Shown: in pieces, positions 46,790-55,292 of the stretch
Position numbering within the stretch: the stretch's first letter is position 1
Layout: each line of letters starts with the position of its first letter
Source: a virus
Taxonomy: Duplodnaviria > Caudoviricetes
IMG/VR virus record: IMGVR_UViG_3300025707_000003
Location: 96,001 to 160,000 of that record
Direction: 5' to 3' (one strand)
DNA length: 64,000 nt
Translations under genes and position numbers: made by a program
The notes under the pieces: generated by a model
Databases searched by the model: none
The model's input: only the letters and a program-made list of their open reading frames with translations
What the model was told of the DNA's origin: nothing

Positions 46790-46878
46790 TCCTTAATGCT
46801 CAGTGTCTATTTATTGGGGGGTTATAAAAAGTCTACAAACATATAAGTAGAGGGGTCGTCAACTTTAAGCATTAAGGA
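46790..46878. repeat. 11-bp perfect inverted repeat spanning a divergent intergenic region
   Basis: tccttaatgct (46790-800) pairs with agcattaagga (46868-78). Confidence 0.7.
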
Positions 46879-46886
46879 GGTACAAT

Positions 46887-47861
46887 ATGGGTGAACCGAA
46901 CACCGAAGTATTGGACGATCCCATGAGAAACATATACTGGTCGCACTTAAAAATGATGAGAGCTTGCCCTCAACAATACCTATGGCATAAAGGGCATCCA
47001 GATCACGATCTTGGAGCAGGGAAAGGTAAAAGAAAACCCTTACCCGATGAGTCAAAGGACTCTGAACACCATCAACTTATGGGTACTGTGTTATCCACTG
47101 TGGTTGAAGAAGTCTACGATCATGAACTGTATCGAGATCCTAAAACGATACAGACAAAGATTAAGGACATTGTAGACCAAGCGTTTACCAAAGCAGAGCA
47201 ACGCCATTATGTAATCTGGTCATATATGACTAGAGAAGAAGCGATGGACATCTGCCAAAGAGGTGCTCAGAACTTTCTTGAGATTTTGAAAGAGCATAGA
47301 TTTCTCGGTCCTTACGCTAAGTCCGAGTTGCGTATGACCCCTGCGATGAACAAATACTTTAATGTCTGTGGTATTGCCGACCTCGTATATAGAGATAAAG
47401 AAGGCAAAGTTCATCTTCTTGACGGGAAGAACGCTTCCACTCCGATGAAATATGAGGATGAAGATCAGTTAAGATGGTATGCTCTCTGTTTTAGATTACA
47501 GTATGGGAAAGTACCCGACAGGTTAGGGTTCTTTTATTTTAGGTATCCTAGATCAAACCCCCCTGAAAAACACTTTGCAGATAAAGACGCAGAATGGACT
47601 GGGTTCGTGGAAGTGAAGATCACCGAAGATGATATAAGAAGATTAGGGAAAGAAGCGATAGAGACTAATCGTGCTATCCATAGAGGTGTCTTTGAGCCTA
47701 ACCCTATTCCGAAGCATTGTACTTGGTGTAAGTTCGAGAACATTTGTGAACCTAGACAAGCACAGAAGAAGCGTAATGCGGCGAAGCGTGGTATGGGTAA
47801 AACAAAAACACCCGACCCAACGGAACAAGGTGGTGGGGTTATCAACCTTGATATGAAATGA
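46887..47861 (+). CDS. PD-(D/E)XK (RecB/AddB-like) nuclease
   Basis: YWSHL...CPQQY, G..LST, CGIADLV..LLDGKN, QLRWYA and HCTWCKFENIC. Confidence 0.82.
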   Translation: MGEPNTEVLDDPMRNIYWSHLKMMRACPQQYLWHKGHPDHDLGAGKGKRKPLPDESKDSEHHQLMGTVLSTVVEEVYDHELYRDPKTIQTKIKDIVDQAFTKAEQRHYVIWSYMTREEAMDICQRGAQNFLEILKEHRFLGPYAKSELRMTPAMNKYFNVCGIADLVYRDKEGKVHLLDGKNASTPMKYEDEDQLRWYALCFRLQYGKVPDRLGFFYFRYPRSNPPEKHFADKDAEWTGFVEVKITEDDIRRLGKEAIETNRAIHRGVFEPNPIPKHCTWCKFENICEPRQAQKKRNAAKRGMGKTKTPDPTEQGGGVINLDMK

Positions 47862-47909
47862 ATCATATAAAAGAGGTATCACAAACACACCACTCAAAGG
47901 AGAGTTCAA

Positions 47910-48173
47910 ATGGATCTTGAACAACTGGTTAATAAAAAAATCGACATTGAAAGACGAAGGGAGCGTTTGCTAGGTAAACTAGAAGTCGCTAAGTCAAGTC
48001 TTTTAGAGCTTGATAAGAGGTTAGTCGAAAGGGGTATTAACCCCGACACTCTTGAAGAAGAAATAAATCGCCTTAAAGCTGAAAGGCAAGAGGCAATCAC
48101 TAAACTTAATGAAGCTCTGTTGGATGCAGAGCAAGTCATCACACGCATTGAAAGTCGAGTAGACGGTATATGA
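47910..48173 (+). CDS. Coiled-coil protein
   Basis: Heptad-rich 87-aa ORF with an AAGGAG RBS. Confidence 0.7.
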   Translation: MDLEQLVNKKIDIERRRERLLGKLEVAKSSLLELDKRLVERGINPDTLEEEINRLKAERQEAITKLNEALLDAEQVITRIESRVDGI

Positions 48174-49375
48174 AAATCACAGTATCAGCACAAGATTTAA
48201 AGGAAACTCTCTCAATCGCCCAAAACACATTGGGTGCAAACCAAGACATCACCTCACACTTTATCTTCACCATTGAGAATGCTGGAGTGAGCGTTATGGC
48301 TTGTTCTCCCCCTCGTCAGTTTTCAAAGATCCCTGTCATCGGTGCTACTGTTCAAGACGGAGGTTCTTTTTCTATTGAGGGGAAGCGTTTAATCTCAGCA
48401 ACTAATGTTATGACAGGTGTTGTAGAGATTGAGTATAATGAGGAGGATAAAGAAGTTTCGTTAAAAGGTAGTGAGGGAGAAGCAACTACAATCTCGCTCG
48501 ACCCAGAGTCCTTTCCCCCTTGGGTTGAAAAGTTCGGTCAAGCAACTAAAGTAGGAGAGATTTCTGCTTCCATTCTATATGATACGCTCAATACCAATAG
48601 ACAGTATGTATCACAAGATGATAGTCGTAGACCAGAGCTTGCTATGATCTTGATTGAAGACGGAAAAGCCATTGCCTGTGATGGATTCATGCTTAATATG
48701 TCTCGACATGATGATCTTCAAGGAATGAATGTGAAGGTTCACTATAAGGACATTACACCATTGATGAAGTTCCTCAAGGCGTATGATGGAGGTATGATTG
48801 AGGTTCTTAGTGGAGGACAAGCTACCTTCTTTAAGGCTGAGGACAGTGCTTTATTTGCTGTGATGGACTTGCCATATACTTACCCTCCCATCACACAGCA
48901 ATATGCTGATGCCTTTAACTGGACTCCTCGTAGGGTTTGGATGTTGTCTAAGGAAAACTTTATGAATGGTCTTACCTTCTTATCAGCCTTTGCTGATAAG
49001 ACTAACTTTAAGGTTTCTTTTAAAGACCCAGAAGATGAGGCTTTATTACCTCCAAGTCTTGAGATGAAGTCGTCTAATAGTAAGACTATTTCGTACAATC
49101 TTGAAGTGCCTCTTTTTGAGGACGCTGAGAAGCCACTAGAAGAGATCACAGACCTCTCTCACTTGATGTATGCTACTCGCCTTAAAGAAAAAGGTAAAGG
49201 TGATGACATCGCCACTTTCGATTTTAACTATCTTTCGGTCAAAAAAGCAGTGGAAATATATAATGATAACATCGTCTTTGGATGTTCTCAAGAGGGCAAT
49301 AAAGGTTATATGCTCTTTAAGTCAGACCAAGACTCTGGTGTACAGACTGTTTCTATTATAGGTTGGATGCTTTAA
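48170..49375 (+). CDS. dnaN: DNA polymerase III beta sliding clamp-like protein
   Basis: MKITVSAQDLKETL, PESFPPW, SQDDSRRPELAMI, IACDGFML and FNY; length about 400 aa. Confidence 0.75.
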   Translation: MKITVSAQDLKETLSIAQNTLGANQDITSHFIFTIENAGVSVMACSPPRQFSKIPVIGATVQDGGSFSIEGKRLISATNVMTGVVEIEYNEEDKEVSLKGSEGEATTISLDPESFPPWVEKFGQATKVGEISASILYDTLNTNRQYVSQDDSRRPELAMILIEDGKAIACDGFMLNMSRHDDLQGMNVKVHYKDITPLMKFLKAYDGGMIEVLSGGQATFFKAEDSALFAVMDLPYTYPPITQQYADAFNWTPRRVWMLSKENFMNGLTFLSAFADKTNFKVSFKDPEDEALLPPSLEMKSSNSKTISYNLEVPLFEDAEKPLEEITDLSHLMYATRLKEKGKGDDIATFDFNYLSVKKAVEIYNDNIVFGCSQEGNKGYMLFKSDQDSGVQTVSIIGWML

Positions 49376-49376
49376 T

Positions 49377-49997
49377 GTGATGAATGATCTTGCTTCTCGA
49401 TTTTACCGATTAAAGGCTCTCAAAGAATCGTGTGAGAAACGCATAGACGATCTTGAAAATGAGATCGCTTTCCTTGAGCTTGATAAGGATAAAAAGACAG
49501 AAGCAGGAGTCATTCTCGACACTCTCGCTCAAGATGAAGTAGAGCGTGGTGTCTCGACCTATATATCCCTCTTGGAAGAGGGGTTAAAGGCGATATTCCC
49601 CGAACAAGAGGTAGGGCTAACAGCCGAGATCTCAAAGGTGCGAGGGAAGGTAGCTGTTAACCTCAAGACTACCTTTAAGGGTCAAGATGGGCTTGAGATA
49701 GTAGGGGCTGGTTTAGATGCGTTTGGCGGAGCAGTGACCACTATCCAAAGCCTGTTGTTAAGAATCTCTCTTATCCTTAAAAGAAATCTTAGACCAATAC
49801 TTATTCTTGATGAGACATTTCCTGCTGTGGATGAAAATCGAGTAGAGATCTTAGTCGAGTTTCTAAAAATCCTGTGTCAACGATTGGATATGGATATATT
49901 GTGTATCACACATGACGCAACCATAGCTGATAACTGTGATATAGGATATAAAATATCCCCTAGTAAAAATGGTGCTACCTTAAAGAGAATCAAGTAA
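49377..49997 (+). CDS. SbcC/Rad50-like ABC ATPase, C-terminal half only
   Basis: Coiled coil, signature-like AFGGA, Walker B/D-loop ILDETFPAVD and H-loop CITHD. No Walker A. Confidence 0.78.
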   Translation: MMNDLASRFYRLKALKESCEKRIDDLENEIAFLELDKDKKTEAGVILDTLAQDEVERGVSTYISLLEEGLKAIFPEQEVGLTAEISKVRGKVAVNLKTTFKGQDGLEIVGAGLDAFGGAVTTIQSLLLRISLILKRNLRPILILDETFPAVDENRVEILVEFLKILCQRLDMDILCITHDATIADNCDIGYKISPSKNGATLKRIK

Positions 49998-50398
49998 TGA
50001 AAAAACAAGGATCTATAAGACATAAACTCAAGCAAGTTAAACATCGACTGCTTAAGAAAGCCATACGCAACGGTATGTCGAAGAAGCCTTGTAACTGCAC
50101 TCACTCTGGTCAAGTCAAAGGCAACGCTAACGATCCCCTTTTTTATGTCTGCCTACTAGATGCAGATAAACCTAAAGAGTGGGACGGGGTGATATGTGAT
50201 CCCTCTGTTCCAAACACCTGTCCTTTTTTTAAATCAGAAAAAACAGAACAAGAAATCAAAGAAGATTTCGAGTTAGGGTTTGATAATCTCATCAATGAAG
50301 GAGACATGGGTAATATAGCTAGTAAGTATCCCGATGTAGCCGCACTGTTATGGGTACTTGCAGAGAGCACCGATGAAACTGAGGATGGAAATGATTGA
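49997..50398 (+). CDS. Hypothetical Cys-rich protein
   Basis: PCNCTHS..VCL..ICDP..TCPFF. Confidence 0.65.
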   Translation: MKKQGSIRHKLKQVKHRLLKKAIRNGMSKKPCNCTHSGQVKGNANDPLFYVCLLDADKPKEWDGVICDPSVPNTCPFFKSEKTEQEIKEDFELGFDNLINEGDMGNIASKYPDVAALLWVLAESTDETEDGND

Positions 50399-50825
50399 AA
50401 TAGTAGAACTAAAAGTGAAGGACAAAACACCCTTATTCTTAGAAGTAGATGTACCTCCTAAGTGTATGCCCTTACTCGTAGGTGACCCTAAAGGTGAAAC
50501 CTTACTTAAATGGGTAGAGAAACCATCTAATAGAGAGTCTGTACTTACATGGGGCATAGAAGCCTCTGTAAAGGAAGTTATAGAAGCTATGCTAGGGATT
50601 GCACTAGATCGTAGTGAAAAAGAGCTGTGGGGCATAAAACAAGGCTCATTCACCGATGCTGAACAAAGGTTGAATGAGCTAGGTATAGATGAGGTGATTA
50701 CCACTGATAATGTGGTTCACCCTAAAGACCCCTCTATGTTGGGAACTGTCATTGTAGCAGGAGGGAAATGCTTCCCCGTCATCCACAATGTGAGTCGAGG
50801 AATCTGTGTCTTAGACAAGGATTAG
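50391..50825 (+). CDS. Hypothetical protein
   Basis: ATG after GAGGA, overlapping the previous stop. Confidence 0.6.
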   Translation: MIEIVELKVKDKTPLFLEVDVPPKCMPLLVGDPKGETLLKWVEKPSNRESVLTWGIEASVKEVIEAMLGIALDRSEKELWGIKQGSFTDAEQRLNELGIDEVITTDNVVHPKDPSMLGTVIVAGGKCFPVIHNVSRGICVLDKD

Positions 50826-50848
50826 GTTTTAGTACAGACGAATTGTAG

Positions 50849-51448
50849 TCACCCTCGGAACCTTTTGAACTCTTTAAGGAGTTTATTGAGTTTTCGAGTG
50901 AGTAAGTCAACATCTTCAGAAACACTCCCTGTAGATTTGACTTCAAACCCAACGCTCTTGGCAAAGTCCCAGAAACTATCAGGGATCTCACCACTGTCAC
51001 CTTCGTCCTCAATACTAAGAGTCCATTTACCCGCATAAAAAGATAGGGTGATAAAAATAAATTTAGCGACCTCGTTGTCTACAAGAATCATTGCATAAGA
51101 ATCGAAAGATTCGATAACATCTACAGTGTTCTCACCAAATACATCTTGAAGTTTTAGGAGGATGGACTCTGCTGAGAAAGGGGTTGGGATCATTTCAGCG
51201 GGTATGATGCCACTGATCTGTCCCTTAAACTCAACTTCATCCGAGTCTGCATTCGCTTCGGTTATGTTCCAGCTCACATTTTGAAAAAGCTCTCCAAGTT
51301 CATTTTGAAGTTTAATAGCTATTTCTCTAGGTGAGTCACTCTCATCAAACGAAAAGTTATCCATCAGATCGGTTATACTCGCTGACTTCTCAAGTCGTGC
51401 GATACGACTCTCAAGGTCATTAATAATTTCACTAGCTGATCTTCTCAT
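50849..51448 (-). CDS. Tag-family protein 9 with acidic cargo
   Basis: MRRSASEIINDLESRIARLE; cassette at 51449-51510. Confidence 0.8.
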   Translation of the reverse strand: MRRSASEIINDLESRIARLEKSASITDLMDNFSFDESDSPREIAIKLQNELGELFQNVSWNITEANADSDEVEFKGQISGIIPAEMIPTPFSAESILLKLQDVFGENTVDVIESFDSYAMILVDNEVAKFIFITLSFYAGKWTLSIEDEGDSGEIPDSFWDFAKSVGFEVKSTGSVSEDVDLLTRKLNKLLKEFKRFRG

Positions 51449-51509
51449 AAGGGTTCTCCATTTTGTTTAAGGTTAAAGAGATCACTTATGAGAAGATATA
51501 AAAGAACTA

Positions 51510-52427
51510 TTAAAAGTCGTAAGCTCTACGACCTCTAAAAGCATTTTCGTCTTCAAGAGATTCCTCAATTTCACCATAGTTCTCTTCATACCAATCAAGG
51601 TGTCCAGGTTCATCTACTTTAGACTTCTTGAAGTACGCAAGAACGATAGGCATAATGATCTCTAGGAGAGGTATAGAAGCAAGACCCCACCATGCAGGGT
51701 TCCCAGTTATGCTTACCATTGTTGCAGGAAGAACATAATGTTCGAGTGTTTCTACAATAGCCATTGCGATTGCTAGTAGGACAACCTTAAAGAAACGCTT
51801 AGACCATTTTTTATACCAAATCTCATCTGCGTGTGGATCCCAACCCTTTGACTTGACGATATGGTAAGCGTGTTTGATGATCTCAATAGGGTTGATGACA
51901 TTAAGAGCTTTCTTTAATGCTCTCTCAACAACCTTTTTGTCATGCTCTTGTGCCGCTTCTTGAATGATACGCTTTTTTACTTCGTTAGGTATTGGGCCAT
52001 CATTGGTGTCACCCCAAGTATAACCCTCGTAAAACTCTGGTGACTTGCCTCTCGGAGAGAACCAAGATTGACCATGTTCTCTCTCGCTTTGCCTAAGTTT
52101 AGCACCTGTTTCAAATTCCTCAAAGTCAGCGTCTACTTCAGATTCCATCAGAGCTTCTGCATATTCTGGAGCGATTGCTTCGATAACATCATCCATGAGA
52201 TCATCAACAGGCATAGAGAAAAGGTTAAGATGCCTACGATACTTATCAAGTGGTTCTGCGACATACTTGAGGAAAAGACCTTTTAATGAGTCTGTCATTC
52301 CTGCTTGATATTCCATAGCCGCAACTTTAAGCTCAAGTCCTGCGATACGCTCCATTGTAGCTTGACGATTCATTGATGCTTGCCGATAAGAGCGTCTTGC
52401 TCTACGATAACTGTTATCATGTCTCAT
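51510..52427 (-). CDS. Hypothetical membrane-associated late protein with a tag-like N-terminus
   Basis: MERIAGLELKVAAMEYQA; hydrophobic C-terminal helices; class B motif at 52480-92. Confidence 0.65.
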   Translation of the reverse strand: MRHDNSYRRARRSYRQASMNRQATMERIAGLELKVAAMEYQAGMTDSLKGLFLKYVAEPLDKYRRHLNLFSMPVDDLMDDVIEAIAPEYAEALMESEVDADFEEFETGAKLRQSEREHGQSWFSPRGKSPEFYEGYTWGDTNDGPIPNEVKKRIIQEAAQEHDKKVVERALKKALNVINPIEIIKHAYHIVKSKGWDPHADEIWYKKWSKRFFKVVLLAIAMAIVETLEHYVLPATMVSITGNPAWWGLASIPLLEIIMPIVLAYFKKSKVDEPGHLDWYEENYGEIEESLEDENAFRGRRAYDF

Positions 52428-52494
52428 GGTGGGTTCTCTCCTTTAAAGGGGTATCATATAACGATATCTAAAGATGATTATAAAGGAACTACAA

Positions 52495-53145
52495 ATGATT
52501 TTAGGACTCGACCCCTCACTCAGAAACTTCGGTTGGACTCTCATTCGTGATGACGGACACTTCTTGGATAAAGGCACAATGAAAACCGATGCCAAAACCA
52601 TGTTCGTTGAACGCTACATCACCCTGCGAGAAGGTCTAAGAGAAATCGTACAACAAGTCAGAGCAGACCACCCAGAGGAGACTTTAAGGGTAGGTATAGA
52701 GTCCCCCATATTTAATGACCTTTTCTCAGAGGGGATGTATGGTCTATTCCTATATAGCAATGAAGCACTCATGCTTGAGAAATGCGATACGGTTTATTTG
52801 TCCCCTAATCAAGTAAAAGCCCATGCGGCCGCTTTCCTCAATAGACCCAAAGGTTGGAAGATGGGTAAAGGTGATATGGTAGATGCGGCTAAACAAGCTA
52901 CCGATGGTCAAGGGGCTAAGAGATGGAATAATCACCAAGCAGATGCCTTCTGGGTAGCTAAAGCCAGTAGCAGGTTTTGGCTCTTGGTCGAAGAAGAAAT
53001 CACCGTTGATGATCTCTCGGACTTAGAGCGTAAACACTTTACCTCTTTTGAACGCTATGTGCGTGGAAAGAAAGCTGGTAAAGTGAAGCGTAAAGGGATC
53101 ACACATAAAGAAGATGATCGCTTCTTTAGATGGTCGGAGACTTAA
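52495..53145 (+). CDS. ruvC: RuvC-like Holliday junction resolvase
   Basis: MILGLDPSLRNFGW, VGIESP, SPNQVKA..KGDMV and ADAFWVA. Confidence 0.85.
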   Translation: MILGLDPSLRNFGWTLIRDDGHFLDKGTMKTDAKTMFVERYITLREGLREIVQQVRADHPEETLRVGIESPIFNDLFSEGMYGLFLYSNEALMLEKCDTVYLSPNQVKAHAAAFLNRPKGWKMGKGDMVDAAKQATDGQGAKRWNNHQADAFWVAKASSRFWLLVEEEITVDDLSDLERKHFTSFERYVRGKKAGKVKRKGITHKEDDRFFRWSET

Positions 53146-53459
53146 CCCTCGTCAGCATCTGCTTCTTCATTGAGGATCGCTACCACTGTTCCATCCTCTT
53201 GAATCTGCCAAGGTGAACCTTCTGAAATACCAAGACGATCTCTTGCTCCAGAGACTACCTCCTGTGCCTGTGCTTCATTACGCTCTATCTGAAATGCAAT
53301 ACGAGTCTTACGAAGCTCTAACTGACCAAGCTGATTCAATAACTGATTAGCGTTCTGTCGTAGTTGTGAGATGGTAGACATCTCCTCCTCTGTGAGTGAC
53401 CCCACTTCTACAGGTTGGTTGGTGATTGCTGGCTCTTGGTTTACATTCTCTTCTGACAT
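53142..53459 (-). CDS. Hypothetical coiled-coil protein
   Basis: AGGAG RBS; 105 aa. Confidence 0.7.
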   Translation of the reverse strand: MSEENVNQEPAITNQPVEVGSLTEEEMSTISQLRQNANQLLNQLGQLELRKTRIAFQIERNEAQAQEVVSGARDRLGISEGSPWQIQEDGTVVAILNEEADADEG

Positions 53460-53709
53460 CTTTGTCTCCTGTGCTTTTAAGCATACGGGTGATTTGGCAA
53501 GTCATGTGAAGTAGATCATCTACTTCACATCTCATATCTGAAATTATATTAGCTTGCTCTACTGCTACACTTTCTATTTGTACCACCCCTTTATCTGTTT
53601 CAAACACCTTGTCAACACTTTCTTTTGAACTACTGCCCTCTATACTTAGACCACTCACTAAAAAAAAACTAAAAAAAACCACCATTACTAATAAAACTAA
53701 CTTCTTCAT
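53347..53709 (-). CDS. Hypothetical signal-peptide protein with an uncertain 3' end
   Basis: Hydrophobic N-terminus encoded by poly-T runs; overlaps the next gene by 113 nt. Confidence 0.4.
   Translation of the reverse strand: MKKLVLLVMVVFFSFFLVSGLSIEGSSSKESVDKVFETDKGVVQIESVAVEQANIISDMRCEVDDLLHMTCQITRMLKSTGDKDVRRECKPRASNHQPTCRSGVTHRGGDVYHLTTTTER
53504..53530. repeat. 27-bp palindrome (13-1-13)
   Basis: atgtgaagtagat-c-atctacttcacat. Confidence 0.9.
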
Positions 53710-54011
53710 GGATTCTTACCCTGCTGGCGTAAAACCCATTGATAAATCTCTCGCATCATAGCGTTTTGTTGATTTAAGTCAGCCCTCATCTGCCTCAACT
53801 CTTGGCTGTTAAGTTGGACTTGATTCAAATCCTTCTCAATACGCTCAATCTTACTATCTAACTTCTCCACAACTCTCGCTTGAGACTCCGATTTCTGCTC
53901 CATTAACTTCAAACTAGTACTCATGTTGAACAAATAAATGATTACAGGTATCAGGAAAACAGATAACACCTTAAAACCCCACTCAAGTGCGTTCTTCATA
54001 GACTCGGACAT
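53706..54011 (-). CDS. Single-TM coiled-coil protein
   Basis: N-terminal TM followed by a coiled coil; class B motif at 54064-76. Confidence 0.65.
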   Translation of the reverse strand: MSESMKNALEWGFKVLSVFLIPVIIYLFNMSTSLKLMEQKSESQARVVEKLDSKIERIEKDLNQVQLNSQELRQMRADLNQQNAMMREIYQWVLRQQGKNP

Positions 54012-54075
54012 GGCAATATACTCCTAGATTTTTTTTGCTTCTTATTCACCATACTGACGATATATAAAAAAACTA

Positions 54076-54429
54076 TTACTTTGAACCATCCCACACCCTA
54101 CGAATATCCCCCCATATCGTGTCCAAACCTAACCTAAAAATCGTGTCCGTGTCATCGTTGTCCATTCGATTAACTAAACCAACACGATAACAAATTACAG
54201 TGTCCTTGTTCAGATCTACCAGATAAAGCCTAACAACGACTCCCTCTAGTTGTAGATCAGTCACCTTACTCAATGGAGAATATGAGGTATAGTCTTTCTT
54301 AATAAAACCAGACTCCTCTAACCCTAAGACTAAACTCGTATATCGGTCTTCAATAGAGAGTAAATCAAACTCTAACAAAAAGTTGTGTGACCAGACTCTC
54401 TTTTCGTTTATCTTTTCTGTTATAGACAT
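54076..54429 (-). CDS. Hypothetical protein (paralog trio, member 1)
   Basis: LEESGF core; ends IWGDIRRVW. Confidence 0.6.
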   Translation of the reverse strand: MSITEKINEKRVWSHNFLLEFDLLSIEDRYTSLVLGLEESGFIKKDYTSYSPLSKVTDLQLEGVVVRLYLVDLNKDTVICYRVGLVNRMDNDDTDTIFRLGLDTIWGDIRRVWDGSK

Positions 54430-54519
54430 AAGGCATGGTTTAACCCCCTTCGTCTATAACACCCCAAATCATTTAAGAACTACCACACTTCGGAGAACTT
54501 ACTCGCATATTTAAGCGTC

Positions 54520-54873
54520 TTAATCTGCCTCCCAAGCATTACGAATCATCTCCCACAAATCACATAACTCATCACTACCCAACTCATAGTGCATAGGGAA
54601 GTGGTACATCACCCCATCTCGGACGACTCGTAAAGCCTCATCGTCCATAAGTACCTCCACAACACGACCCTCTCCGTCCGACAACTCAAACCTCTCGTAA
54701 GGTATGACCCTTACGAAACCACGACTCTCAAGTACATCACCTAAAAGCCTACGACAAGTTAAATCAATACCGTCTTCCATGATCTGTTGAAACTCGTTCA
54801 ACATCTCAAAACCTCTCTTAGACCAATCCACTTGTCCATCATCATCATGCTTCTTAAGATACTTGTTCATCAT
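54520..54873 (-). CDS. Hypothetical protein (paralog trio, member 2)
   Basis: LESRGF core; ends LWEMIRNAW. Confidence 0.6.
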   Translation of the reverse strand: MMNKYLKKHDDDGQVDWSKRGFEMLNEFQQIMEDGIDLTCRRLLGDVLESRGFVRVIPYERFELSDGEGRVVEVLMDDEALRVVRDGVMYHFPMHYELGSDELCDLWEMIRNAWEAD

Positions 54874-55238
54874 CTTTTCAAGCCCCCCTCAACCCAAACA
54901 TCCCTTACAGACTGTAAAATCTCCGATACAAAGCCATACATCTCATAGCCTTCTAAGTTGATTTTATGATCCATGAAAAATTCTCCTCGCAGGACCCTCA
55001 AGACAAATGTCTCTCCTTTACCTTGCATCCAAACTACGCAAAGCGAAGATGGACTCATTGGACTTGTGGATTGGTGAACATACACAAGACTTTGATCTTT
55101 CCTTTTCAGCTCAAAAACAAAACCTAACTCACCAAGCAAGTTCTCATAACTATTGCGTATCTGATCTGCATTAACCCTAGTTCCAATAAAAGAACTATTG
55201 GCTACCCGAACTCCATTTTCTTTTACTGTTAATAACAT
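54870..55238 (-). CDS. Hypothetical protein (paralog trio, member 3)
   Basis: LGELGF core; ends ILQSVRDVW. Confidence 0.6.
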   Translation of the reverse strand: MLLTVKENGVRVANSSFIGTRVNADQIRNSYENLLGELGFVFELKRKDQSLVYVHQSTSPMSPSSLCVVWMQGKGETFVLRVLRGEFFMDHKINLEGYEMYGFVSEILQSVRDVWVEGGLKR

Positions 55239-55243
55239 ATGGA

Positions 55244-55274
55244 TCTCCTTTCAAGAGATTATAAATAAGGGGTT
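55244..55274 (+). repeat. 31-bp direct repeat (class A promoter plus RBS), copy 1
   Basis: tctcctttcaagagattataaataaggggtt, identical at 55854-55884. Confidence 0.9.
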
Positions 55275-55292
55275 GTTCCATAGGAGACTTAA

